DNA from: Marsupella aquatica | Taxonomy: Eukaryota; Plantae; Marchantiophyta | NCBI GenBank assembly: GCA_973895155.1 | Contig: OZ316895.1 | Coordinates: 8,606,184 to 8,670,183 of the forward strand | Length of the DNA: 64,000 bases | Direction of reading: 5' to 3' | Part shown: piece by piece, positions 52,362-64,000 of the stretch | Position numbering within the stretch: the stretch's first letter is position 1 | Layout of the letters: each line of letters starts with the position of its first letter | Position numbers and translations under genes: made by a program | The notes under the pieces: generated by a model | What the model saw: the letters and a program-made list of their open reading frames with translations, nothing else | What the model was told of the DNA's origin: nothing | Databases searched by the model: none

Positions 52362-52737
52362 CATGAGCTCTGTCAATTTACACTCTGTCTCGTTCAATTG
52401 TTCGCATTTTATCTCAACCTCCCTCCCGCAAAAGAAATCTTAGCTCGATCGCTCTGCTCACACTCTGTCTCGGTTGCGTTTGCTACTCCATTAGGTTTGA
52501 AGCATCTGTGCACGGGCCTTTCGAGCATTCAGTGATCTTTGAATTTGACTTACTAATGTTTCTGCAATGGTGGATGCTGCAGTTCTCCCTTGAATGTCTG
52601 CGGCAGTCGGAACTCCCGGTTATCATGGTGTGACAAACAACTGACAAAAATTGAGTTCCGCGCGGGTTCTACCCCTGTCTCGTGCGATTTCTTCCTGCTG
52701 ACGGACTACACTTTTGTAAGAAAGAGTTCGCTCGGCA

Positions 52738-54521
52738 ATGGCGGGAATTGTGAGGGCAGTGATTTCCACTCCTTCATTTTGTAGCACTTCCGATCCTCAA
52801 TCGAGCTCTGTTTCAGTCTCGTCTGCCTCGTCTTCCCCCTTCCAACATCTCATCAGGCTGCCCCGAAAATGCTCTTCGCGTCTCGGCATGCAGCTCTGCA
52901 GCAGCACCAACAGCAGCTTACATTCTGGACTAAGCCTTAGATTTTCACAAATCCAGGCGAATTCTCGACCGGCGTCATCGCCCTCCCCTTTATTTACACT
53001 ATCATCCCTGAAGAAGTCTGCTATTGGCGAAGAAGCTGTGGTGGTGCCTGTATCACCTCTTTTACTGAGAAATTTGGGAGTTTTTTCAGCCTCGAGTCTC
53101 GTCCTCGTCAGTGCTGGGGCCGCGGTCGCTGAGACAATTGATGTGATTACACCAACTAATGCAAATGGAGAGGCTCCGCCAGATTATCTTCTCAGCTTTT
53201 TGTTCGTCGCGTCTTTCATTGGCCTCCTCATCGTCACTATTGGAGTAAGTCATCTTTCTTTCATTGCGTGTTTGCTAGAACCGTCCTTTGTGGAAGGCTG
53301 TGGCTGACCGCATGTCATGTGATCACTCATTAGCCCCTTTTGTGGTGGCATTTGAACGGAAGCTCTACATTGAATTAAGAGAATTCTGAAATTGTCACTT
53401 GTCAAAGATGCTCTTTTAAATTTGTGGATTACTGTCAGTAGGGGTTTTCAATATCCTACGACACTGCATCGATGGCATTCACGCGTTCATCCGTAGAAAA
53501 TCTACCCGACTTACTTATGGCACTGGATCAAATTGTGAGATGGAAGAACAATCCACTATTCATAAACCATCGTGGCGCAGAACTGATGTGTGCTGGTTAT
53601 GAATCATTGTCTCTGATTGTGGGCATGGATTTATATGGAGCTTGTTATATTGTGCTTGTCCTCCACTTGGGTGACTTTTCTCCAGAAATTACCCAATCAA
53701 ATAGATATTAGGGGATCTGACTAGACCAAGGGAACGATTCCAAAGAGCGTGAAACTAGATGGTACAGTTCCATATTGAAGCTTCTATATTGTCGGCATAC
53801 TTATTCACTCTCTTTGTTACCTTCTAATTCATACAGCTGGTGAATATCTGGTGCCACTGTTGTTCAACGTTCCCAGATTGAAATAACAGGACAAATAAAC
53901 CGATCAGATCTGTCCCAAGTTCGTGTGGCCTGACAGACAATACTAAAGTACATCGATTCATGGAATCCGTCGTCAAAAGTTTACAGCGAATGAATCTAGT
54001 ACCATTGAGATCTTTGTGCTGCCCTAGGATTTGTTTTCATTTCCTCTCGAATTGTAGACCAGAGGGCCCAATGTCCATATGGAACGTCACTGTTGAGTAT
54101 CCAGACCGCCATTCCTCGGAGTGAAACTAATCGTCTCAGTTCCTTAGCTTACAGAGAATCCACATGGTCAATTGAAAACGCTTGAACCTAGCCCTTCGGG
54201 AAACTTCATGTAGTCATTTCTGGTCCCTATCTTTCCCTTAAATGTCGTACTATACTCAGCTCAAGGCAGGGATGACTATTGACTGAATCTGTCGTTCCAT
54301 ACATTGGAATAAAAGTTTTTTATGGTGCAGTGCCTGTTGTCGTGCATGTGAAACAGGCTATCTATCTGGGTGTTACAGAATTTCTGGAAAATAGGCAGCG
54401 CACTGCAATGCAGAAGGCAGCTGGAGAAGAGAAAATTGGGAAGAAGGAGAAAAGTGGTGCTGTGAAAGTAGGAAGTGGCAAGGGCTTTCGTGTTAGGAGG
54501 AAAGCGGAGAAAGATGAGTAG
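52738..54521 (+). CDS. Putative plastid-targeted small membrane protein, 2 exons, ~223 aa
   Basis: Exon 52738-53244 (Ser-rich transit-like N-terminus, hydrophobic segment ending AVA, TM helix YLLSFLFVASFIGLLIVTIG) splices in frame (gga|gtaagt ... aaacag|gct) to 54357-54521 (AIYLGVTEFLENR...GSGKGFR). Confidence 0.75.
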
Positions 54522-56392
54522 ACCAGCGAACAAGTATCTCTGTGCCTGCAATTTTGAGTGGGAGCATGTGGGGCTTTTTCTCGGGCAAATAGGGCTCTCA
54601 CATCTGATCCTGGGACCTCTGCCTAGCTCCAACGGATTTTTCAACTACTTCTTCAGTATTCTGCTCTATCACTGTCTTACAAATCAAGGTAACCGCCGTC
54701 TTTGCAGTGTGCAAGTGACTAGCAAGTTACTGTAGATAGAGGGTCTGAGTTAGGTTTTCGAATTTCCTAGTCCCATTCTAGGAGCTAGTGATGTGAGGTG
54801 TTGCCCCGGAATAGTGAAGAGAAATTGCAGATCGTGATTATTTCCTTTGTCCTAAAATTCCAGTCAGTTCCAAGCACCTATGTGTTGATGACATAACAGA
54901 ATATTCATTTTCAGGAGTCAATTATTGGCACATTTCCAAGTAACGGAAGAAAGATAGCCCACAATCAATGCGGACCTCCGTTTCTAATCAAATAGGCTAG
55001 CCCGTACGCCGATTTCTCGGAAATCTTTTATTTAATTAAAGTTCTCCTTCGATGTAACCAGAAGATGTGCTCAACACTTTGTCAACTCCAATATAACCCT
55101 GGTCTTGTTATCGCGCATGCAGATAGTAAAACAAAACAACGCATATGATGCACCTCGTTGTTATCTATCTGTGTAATCTGTCTTCCCCACTCTCCTAAAC
55201 TCCTACTCCAGATATGGCCTTTGCAACATATGTGGAATTCGCAGAGTTGTTAGACCCGCCATCTCACCGAAACATGTTTCTGAACTGGCAAAGAGCTCCT
55301 GAAGACTTCACGAGAGAATCCAATCATATCCCTCCTCCAGATGGCCATATTCGAATCTCTTACGCCAATAAAATCAAATGCATCAACAAAAACTTATTCC
55401 CTCGGCCCCTTGTCCAATATATGATACAAGCTCCGCTGGTAAAAGATTCTTAGAAAGCTTGTTCAACAGTCCACAAAAGGACGTCCAACAGAGAAATGGG
55501 ATTGGCAAAGCTCTCTCGTCACTGTACAGATTCAGGCCCGACAGGTTGGTAAACGTCCATTTCCATTGTAGCGAGACAAATCAATGTCACAACTGCACTT
55601 CATGGCTACGCAATGCCAATTCAACGACGTAAAGGACTTCACGAAAAATAAGAATGGCATAATCTGATGGCGAGGTAGTGTAAATGCTCCAGTCGTGGGC
55701 ACGTTGGTGCATTAGATTTGTTGTCAGATCGACGAGCAGACTCCTGGCTCCATTCACCTTGAAGGAAAGGACAGGTCTAACATGACTGTTTCAGAGTCGA
55801 CTCACATTCATGAATTCTTTTCAAACCCTAGCTCTGGAGGAAGCCCAGGGGGAAGGCCAACAAGCCTCCCTCTGCCCCACTCAATTCTGCATATCAATGA
55901 TCCCTAAAGTCGGTCCTCGCATGAAATAACAGGAACTGACGACAGTATTCAAAAAAGTCCACACACACGACTGTATTGCCCAACCGGCCATCAGGAAATT
56001 CGGAACACAGGACTTTCATTCGAAGACGAACAACTCTGCCAGAAATTGGTTGCCAAAGCACCATCAAATACACCTCTTGCACCCAATCTATGCCATTAAA
56101 GATCATCATTTAACAAAAGATGACAGCAACCACGGCTGACAGTAATTTTTGTCTGCTATACAGATTGATGGAGCCAATAGCCATCCACGTTTTTTTTCTT
56201 CTCAATGACCCCAAACCCGTCGAGACTCAGCTATAAATTGAATGCTACTTACTCAGCTTAACAAGCGCAGCTGTCTATCGTTCGCACTTCTCTCCACAAG
56301 TCGTGAATCCAATGATCCATCCAAGGACATCCAGAGGTAAATGGGGTGCATTGTTTGAGACTCAAACTTAAAGCAGCAAAACAATCACCAAC

Positions 56393-57115
56393 TTAGTCTT
56401 TCTTCAATTCCATGAACTCTGCACGAGTTCCATTCTTATTAATAATAAGAATCTGCACTCTATCCCCGGTGTAAATATCTCTCTCTGCAGCAGATGCGAA
56501 GGTATCCTTCACCAAATCCACAGCCTCAGCCTCCGTCAAAGGGGTTGACGACTCCTTCTTGGGAATGAGAAGAGGGCTGTAGGTCTTCAGCTGATTGTCC
56601 AGCACAGGCATGATGAGCTGCTGGCCCGACCCTTGAGCAGCATAACCAACCCGCTCGTACGATCCAACAGCATCATAAGCATACACACACCCCTTCCCCT
56701 CCTCGTCCAAACCCCCTAGAACGTTAAAAGCATAATATGGGAAAAACCTCTTGTAGTACAGAGTATTTGACAGCAGCTGTGCCATAGCAGGAGCGCTCAT
56801 GATCTTGTTATGCTGATACTGATACTGCTGGTGCCGCGCCTCCAACTGCTTTTGGAGAGCGGAGACGTCGGCCTGGAACCCTGACGATGCCAACGCACAC
56901 ATGTCGGTGAACTGGAAGATTTTCGAGTAATCGCGAGTGAGGATGCTGAATCCGGTGGACATTCTGGTGTCCGCGGCCACGACGCAGTAATCCGTTCCAG
57001 CGATTGCTACACAGGTTCCGCCATTGTTGTCATACGGGCTCCACGTCTGGTGCTGCGAAGGGCCGTGTGCAGAGTCGATGGACATATGCATCCGGGACGG
57101 CATCGCTAACGCCAT
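56393..57115 (-). CDS. PBF1: 20S proteasome subunit beta type-1 (beta6), intronless CDS
   Basis: WSPYDNNGGTCVAIAG, ADTRMSTG, SGFQAD, LSNTLYYKRFFPYY, YDAVGSYER and ERDIYTGD. Several possible start ATGs between 57115 and ~57085. Confidence 0.97.
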   Translation of the reverse strand: MALAMPSRMHMSIDSAHGPSQHQTWSPYDNNGGTCVAIAGTDYCVVAADTRMSTGFSILTRDYSKIFQFTDMCALASSGFQADVSALQKQLEARHQQYQYQHNKIMSAPAMAQLLSNTLYYKRFFPYYAFNVLGGLDEEGKGCVYAYDAVGSYERVGYAAQGSGQQLIMPVLDNQLKTYSPLLIPKKESSTPLTEAEAVDLVKDTFASAAERDIYTGDRVQILIINKNGTRAEFMELKKD

Positions 57116-57509
57116 CTTTCTATCGACAACCTCCACCTCGTTTCCTCAAAAAAAACCTAATCAACACACCACACCACACCCCAAGTCGCGAATCAAGCTC
57201 CCAATTTCCCTCGGCACCGAATTTTTGCTCAACCACGCTCAACAACACAAAGCAAGGAGATGAAAGACTTTTAGGGCATTTCAGACGACAGAATTCAAGT
57301 TTTCGGGAACGACATGGATGGTTACCGAGACGATTGCCACGAGATTCACACTGAGCTGGATTTGTTTCGATTCCTCTGGAAACGATTTGCCCGCTTTCAA
57401 CCTCCGCTGCTTTGCGAGGAGCCCTCGATTCTTTGTCCGCGAACGTAATTATCACAGACAGCTCCTCTCTTCTCTTCGCTTCGCTCCTCTTCTCTTCTCT
57501 TTCTCTTCT

Positions 57510-57962
57510 CTTCGTATTTCGTCGAAGAATTTTCTTCTGAGCTACTCTTTCGCGCTTTCACACTAAAGCCCCCATGGAACTAAACGTTTGACCAGATTCC
57601 TGGATAGACCTGCACAAACCCTCTTCGTATTTTGTCGAAGAATTTTTTTTCTGAGCTACTCTTTCGCTCTTTACCACTAAAGCCCCCATGGACCTAAACA
57701 TTTGACCAGATTCCCGGATGGACCTGGAAAAACCCTCTTCGTATTTTGTCGAAGAATTTTTTTTCTGAGCTACTCTTTCGCTCTTTACCACTAAAGCCCC
57801 CATGGACCTAAACATTTGACCAGATTCCCGGATGGACCTGGAAAAACCCACTTCGTATTTTGTCGAAGAATTTTCTTCTGAGCTACTCTTCTCTTTCGCT
57901 CTTTGACACTAAAGCCCCCATGGACCTAACCATTTGACCAGATTGCCAGATGGACCTGCACA
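57510..57962. repeat. 114-bp tandem repeat, 4 copies, upstream of PBF1
   Basis: cttcgtattt(t)gtcgaagaatttt..ctgagctactctttcgc...cactaaagcccccatgga starts at 57510, 57623, 57737 and 57851. Confidence 0.95.
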
Positions 57963-59884
57963 AGCCATTATCTGTTATCAGATAGCACTTGGTTTTGGTA
58001 GGAACTTCCGTACTTTTTCTTGTCAAGAGTAAACCTGGTCCATCGGGGCTGAAAGTTCATGGGAGTGGTCCATCTAAGCATTGCTGTCTTCGTGTGTTGT
58101 TGGGAAGCCTGGATGGACCGCAGCAAAACTCTCTTTTATGCTCACATAGTACATATTACAACAATGAGTGAAATGTGGCACCACACTAATCTTTGGAACT
58201 TTGCAGTCCTGGAAGTTTTCTGGAGCCAGGACCAATAATCACATTTGCAAAATGATAGACTCTTGCAACCCAGATGGAATACAGGACCCTCTTCTCTGCT
58301 CACAAAGTACATATAAGAGTGATCAGTGAAATGTGGCAAGAGAGAGGGAGACACTAAGCCAATGATGGGCCTCAACTTTTTTCATTGTTCCGAGTAAGCC
58401 CAGACATCCCGTTGGTGTGTTTAGGCCACCTTTGTTTAGGCCACTTTCCGTTCGCCCCTTTCCCCAATTGTGGCAAAGAGGCTGAGACGGCTGGTCTGTT
58501 GCTCCTGTGCCCCCTCCCCCCACCCCCACTTTCTTGCAAGTATGGGGGTAGGGGTGATTGAGACGCTACCCTCAGATGTCATTTGGGATTAGACAACCAT
58601 CTTCCTTGTATAAATAATCAATCTCGAACACCTGTTCACCCTTACTCCTGGAATGAATGTTCGTTGAGAATGGGACACTTTTAGGGGCCCCCACTGGTGA
58701 GTTTTGTTTATAAATTATAAATTACAACAAGAAAATAATGTTGAAGGATTACAGGACCAGACGACGGAACCCAGTAGGTTAAATACTATAACATGTGTAG
58801 AAAGTTCAACAATATTATTATGTTAGTAGGGGATTACAAGACCAGCAGAGTAACATTGTAAACGAGGGACCCATGAGACTAATGCAGTCTAGTGCTGCAC
58901 CGTAATTATGCCCCAAGTTTACATACATTGGTCTCCCCTCTTGATCTTGGGTATTTTTTTCATATCGTTGATCTGGTGGAAGGCACAAAGACAATGGTTT
59001 TAAGAAGCAGTAAAAACAGGAACAGATGATGAAAGGGTTTGTGGGCAAATTTGACAGGATTGTGGGCAACAACAAATTTAGAACACTAATTTCCATAGAT
59101 TTCAATTTTGACACAGAACATGAGCTGTCCACATTCATTCACGAAACCAAAGGCCAGCACCTTTCTGGAGAGCTGGAGTTGTACGCCAATTGTAACAAGG
59201 AGAAAATAGTCCTTAAGTTTTAGGCGATGTTACCAACATTGACTAGTGACACATGCGATCATCCATTGGGCCATGAAAGAGGTTAGATGACTGCTTTCCT
59301 ATGATTTTGAATTCTACCATGGACGAGAGTGAACAGAAAGATGCACTCACCCTTTGATTGGACTTAATACTATAGAGAGGAGATTGGAAACTATGAACAA
59401 AGTTACACTTGTCTCAATGTTGTAAAACCGTTCTTCACATCTAGATGAAAACCTAAGCTGGGCGTGTAAAACAGTAGGCCCAGTGTAAGGTTTTCAAAAC
59501 TAAAACCATGGTGTTTCACTCGTTTGAATCTTAAAGCACCATTCACGATTCCAATTATATGTGTCCAATGGTTTACTAAAAAAAGTGGATATCATGGATT
59601 TTTCTGAGAATTTAGACATTTCTAAAGGTCTCTATCCCGACCGGCAATAATACTGAGTTTGTTTTGAACATAATTGCAGAGATACAGGGTGCACTGCACT
59701 TGAGCTCATCAACCTGACCGGCACGAAAGTATATTCAAGAAACAGTAACGAAGTAGAGCTTCCAGGCAATTTTTTCCGTCGCAGGAATCTTCATTTTGAT
59801 TTGACGTTGCTCTCGGAATCGACAGTAATTGTGATAGCAATGTCACCATGTTTCCCACGATAAAATTTAGAATCCAGTTTTAGC

Positions 59885-62800
59885 TTAAGTGGACACTTCT
59901 GCCAGCTTCCCGAAAACAATTGAACTGCAAACAATTGCTCCAAACCACTTGTTCGACACAAATCTGGCCACAATACAACACCATCAGCCTCAGATTGTCA
60001 AAAGGGTGGAGTCTTCTGAGAAACTTGGCACAAACCCTCGAGAAGAGCTTCACCCATCACTTGTACAATACCAACCAGATTCCCAGTCGGCAATATTCTA
60101 ATACTACTGCCAAGATAATGCAATTATCATTTACTTACTTGAGGTTGCAGTCCACCCGATTGTGAATGTCAACAGTAGAAACTTGCCAAGCCAAATGTCC
60201 AGCAGCTGCTACCATACCTACATAGAATGGCCATCCTGCTCAATATACACCACCAAACCCAAAATTAGCCATTCGTAGGATCACTTGCAAAATTTGTTTT
60301 GACTACTCATAAATTCAACAAGATGCAAAGATTGGCCTACCCTGTACCAACAAGCAACGATTACTGACACACACATCACAATTTGCCAAGTATTCCTGAA
60401 CCATCGTACATCAAGACTGGGACTAATTACCCAAACCACAATTATAACCCGCGACAGTTAAGGAGGTAACACATCCAGTGCTGAACCCAGTCAGCCATAT
60501 TTGTGTCTCGTTGCCGAATCTCAGAGCTGTTGACTTCACTCCAACTTTCATGTCATCCTCTTTATCCTGACAATGAAGTGTACAATTGGCATCGATGCTG
60601 ATCAACTCACTCAGGCTCATGACAGAAAATCGTATACATCGCAAAGAAGCTGAGTTGTGTCCACCACCAAGAGTTCTTAGAGATATCGTGGTGAAATCTA
60701 GAAACATTTATTTCCTTCTCAAGCAGGAAGAGACACAGAATGTGCTGCATTTTCAACCAAGGCTTCTGAACAGTGAAGTAAATAGATACGAAAGGTAAAG
60801 AAAATAACCTGGTGGGCATAGATGGTGTCATAAACAAGAGTCCAGCAAACACCCGATGCGTAAAGAGGTAGAACTGCGGACACATCAAGGCTGCCATGGA
60901 CAGCTGCCCAGCCAAGCAGAGCCCCCCAGTTGAAAGCCAAGCCGAGGTAAGCTTGAGGCTGCCATTGACACAGATTCATGTGATCCACGAAAAAAACTCA
61001 ATAGACACCTTTGGGGTAACGAACTTACCTATGTCCCAGAATTGAATTGCATTTGATATTTGTCCCGTTCATATAGCAAGTGGAAGATTACTGTAGAAAG
61101 TATCGTGCAGAGTCAGACCAAGCAGACAACAACATGACAAATTTGTTTCTGCGTGCATCCGTATACAAGACCATTCATACCAACTTACCCAGAAGGTCCA
61201 TCTTTTCATCAAAGGATAAGTCCCAACGAGTAGAAGTGAAGAAGCTCCCAAGACTTTGCTGCATACAAAGTCAACAAGCGATCATTCACTTGAATGCCAT
61301 GCAAACCAGTCTCAAGACACAGTCCTGCCATCTGTGATAAGCAAGATGCCTTGACAATTCTTACAACCTCGTGACATGCTGCACGTTGTAACTACAAGCA
61401 TTCGCAAGCTGAAAAGAGGCTGAAACCAAGTGGCCATGATACACTGCAAATCAATGCAGATAGGTTACCTGAAGTCATTCAGCTGAAGTAGAACTCCAAG
61501 TCCGAGAAAGAGCTGAAATCCCAGAAAGGACAGCCCCTGAAAAGGAGTCAACACGCCCAATGCAATCGGACGTTGTTGTGTCCTTTCCACCTAAAGAAAA
61601 GTAAAAACTGGGAGAGGGTCAACACGCGACACTTGGAGGTCACCGTATTGTCACCATCATTCGCACGTCAATTAAGTAACGAGACTTGCGGCAGACAAAA
61701 GGACTAGGTTAGATCACAATCATCCTGGACTACAACACAATTGCAAATGCACTCGGAAATCGTGATTCAATTGACTAAGAATTGTAGAAGAAGGGACGGC
61801 CCACCTTTCTATCGATGTCACTGTCCAATAAGTCATTCACAGTGCAACCAGCTCCTCTCAAGAGAATAGCCCCCAAACCAAACCAACCTAAGAGCTTCAG
61901 ATCTGGAAGACTTCCTGAAGGTGCTGCCAAGCAAATTGACCTACATGATCAGAAAGGAAAACGAATGTAGCAGAAGTCGTGAGTCGAGAGAACTACTCTC
62001 GGAGTTGTCACAGAAATCAAAGTCAAGAGTGAACAAAGACCACTCCACAGCCTAGGTAACCAGTAACCATCTCCGAAAGATCAACCTAATACGGCACAAT
62101 AAGGACATTGTATATTAAGGGGAAAAGGATCTACTGGTGCATTATAATTGTCAGGCATAAATGGACGACAATCAGGATACAAATCGACCAATTTCTTACC
62201 AAAAGCAAGGCCAGGCGAGCAGCCAGGTGCCGATGGGTTTGTCAAGGCGTGCTAGCTGAGCGTAGGGCCACAAATATTTCGGAATGACCATCCGGGTCCA
62301 GATTTTCTCCCCCCTTTCATCGCCACGATGCCTTGCGGCACCGTCGGTCTTACTCCCATCGTCACCATGCTTTTTGGAGACCGAAGGAATCCTTTCTCTC
62401 GAAGTGGAATAAAAACGGCTTCGGACACAGCCATGCAACGGGAGGATACGTTCATATGGATGAGCACCACCGAAAGATGTCAATAGATACTCAGTTGATG
62501 CAATAAATGGACCAGAGATGGAGATGACAATTCTCTCGCTTTTGAGTTTAGTTAAAATTGGTGAGGGATTCAAACTTTGAGAAAAAGGCAGATTAATTGT
62601 TTCGCAGCTCCACCCAACTTCCTCATGATGGTCGCTGGAATGACATCCAATCTGCATCCTCGATGTTGGGCTGCATCCTAGTGGCGGGCATGATTGTGCT
62701 AAGAAATGTGGAGGGGAGGATGCGTCTTTCAAGGGGTTCAAACCTGGACTAGCACGGTCTCTGCAGAGACCAATCTCGGAAGGAACCCCCTTAACACGAG

Positions 62801-63095
62801 CTCCAGAGTGCCCATATGCCGGAGGATCTTCTGCAAGGGTGCGCTGGACCCACTGTTGACAAACACTAATCCTTTCATATTTCCTACAGTCCCTTGGGCC
62901 AGCATTGTAACCTGTTCTCCACACAACCTGTCCGGCAGCAGAATCGACCCCAACAGCTCTCCCGACTCCAAAACTTCCAGAAAGTCCAGATACTCCAGAG
63001 ATTTCAGAAACGAAACCTGTTGTTGTTGATGATGAGGAATTCTTCCCAGCTGCTGTAGCAGCTCGTCCAATGAACGACAAAAGACGAGCACGCAT
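59885..63095 (-). CDS. PPT1: 4-hydroxybenzoate polyprenyltransferase (COQ2/UbiA family), 8 exons, ~561 aa
   Basis: Exons 63095-62200, 61940-61805, 61590-61469, 61258-61189, 60958-60809, 60566-60431, 60235-60139 and 59963-59885 sum to 1686 nt in frame, with GT-AG junctions. Motifs [47 protein letters not shown] and FVSNKWFG. Confidence 0.95.
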
Positions 63096-63259
63096 TTTGC
63101 ATGACTCCGATCCAGTCACCCCGACCTAAACCCTCGAGGCTCAACGAGGATGGAGAGAGAAGGCAATATCACACCTCGAGAGAAGAGCTTTTCAGGAAAG
63201 CATTTTGTCCTTGGTGCTGCAATGCACTAGAGTCGTGGTAGTACCTAATCCCCAAGACC

Positions 63260-64000
63260 ATCAAGTAGCAAGGGATGCGCATTCCCTTGCACGTGATTTG
63301 ATTGCAGTGCTTAAACCTCAACAAGATGAATAAACCCTTGGTCGAAAGCCTGGATGATTTACTTCAAGCGGTAGATGAAGGGCAGAAAACCATGAATCCA
63401 AAATAGATTTGAAGAAACAGACCGTCAGGTAGCTAGAGATGAGCATTCTCTTGCAGGTGATTTGATTGCAGTCCTCAAACCTCAACAAGATAAATACACC
63501 CTTGGTCGAAAGCCTGGATAATTTACATCAAGCGATAGATGAAGGGCGGAAAACCATGAATCCAAAATAGATTTGAAGAAACAGACCCTCAAGAAGCTAG
63601 GGATGAGCATTCTCTTCAAGGTGATTTGATTGCAGTGCTTAAACCTCAACAGGATGGATGAACCATTGGTCGAAAGCCTGGATGATTTACTTCAAGCGGT
63701 AGATGAAGGGCAGAAACCACGAATCCAAAATAGATTTGAAGAAACAGACCGTCAGGAAGGTAGGGATGAGCTTTCTCTTGAAGGTGATTTGATTGCAGTG
63801 CTTAAACCTCAACAACATGGATGAACCCTGGGTCGAAAGCCTGTATGATTTTGTTCAAGCCATAGATGAAGGGCAGAAAACCATGACTCCAAATTAAATT
63901 TGAAGAAACAGACCGTCAAGTAGCTCGGGACGAGCATTCTCTTGAAGGTGATTGATTGCAGTGCTGAACCTCAACAACATGGATGAACCCTTGGTCGAAA
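63260..64000. repeat. ~164-bp tandem satellite, at least 4.5 copies, running off the window
   Basis: Unit gggatgagcattctcttgaaggtgatttgattgcagtgcttaaacctcaac...ggtcgaaagcctggatgattt...gaagaaacagaccgtca starts at ~63272, 63436, 63600, 63763 and 63927. Confidence 0.95.

Noticed and set aside
57558-57851. Repetitive ORF MGFSRSIRESGQMF...
   Set aside because: It arises because the 114-bp tandem unit is a multiple of 3, with no other coding evidence.

Overview
Nuclear DNA of a land plant, judged from plant-type cytosolic tRNA-Asp, plant MSRA/PPT1/PBF1 sequences, GT-AG introns and telo-boxes. A non-seed plant is plausible but cannot be established from this window. The left half (1-33 kb) is mostly transposon debris around one carboxylesterase gene. 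It holds degraded L1-type LINEs, MITEs, two F-box/kelch pseudogenes, a solo LTR and a ~9.3-kb non-autonomous CACTA element. That element carries a ~410-bp tandem array and captured, intron-containing exons of an organellar HSP90 (Pack-CACTA). The right half is a housekeeping block: KAE1/OSGEP, a minimal FRG1-like protein, RIO1, MSRA, tRNA-Asp, a plastid-type membrane protein, proteasome beta6 (PBF1) and PPT1/COQ2, with further solo LTRs and tandem repeats. The least explained feature is a duplicated ~140-nt putative structured RNA next to the tRNA-Asp gene. All coordinates and alignments were read by eye, and family assignments come from recalled motifs, not searches.
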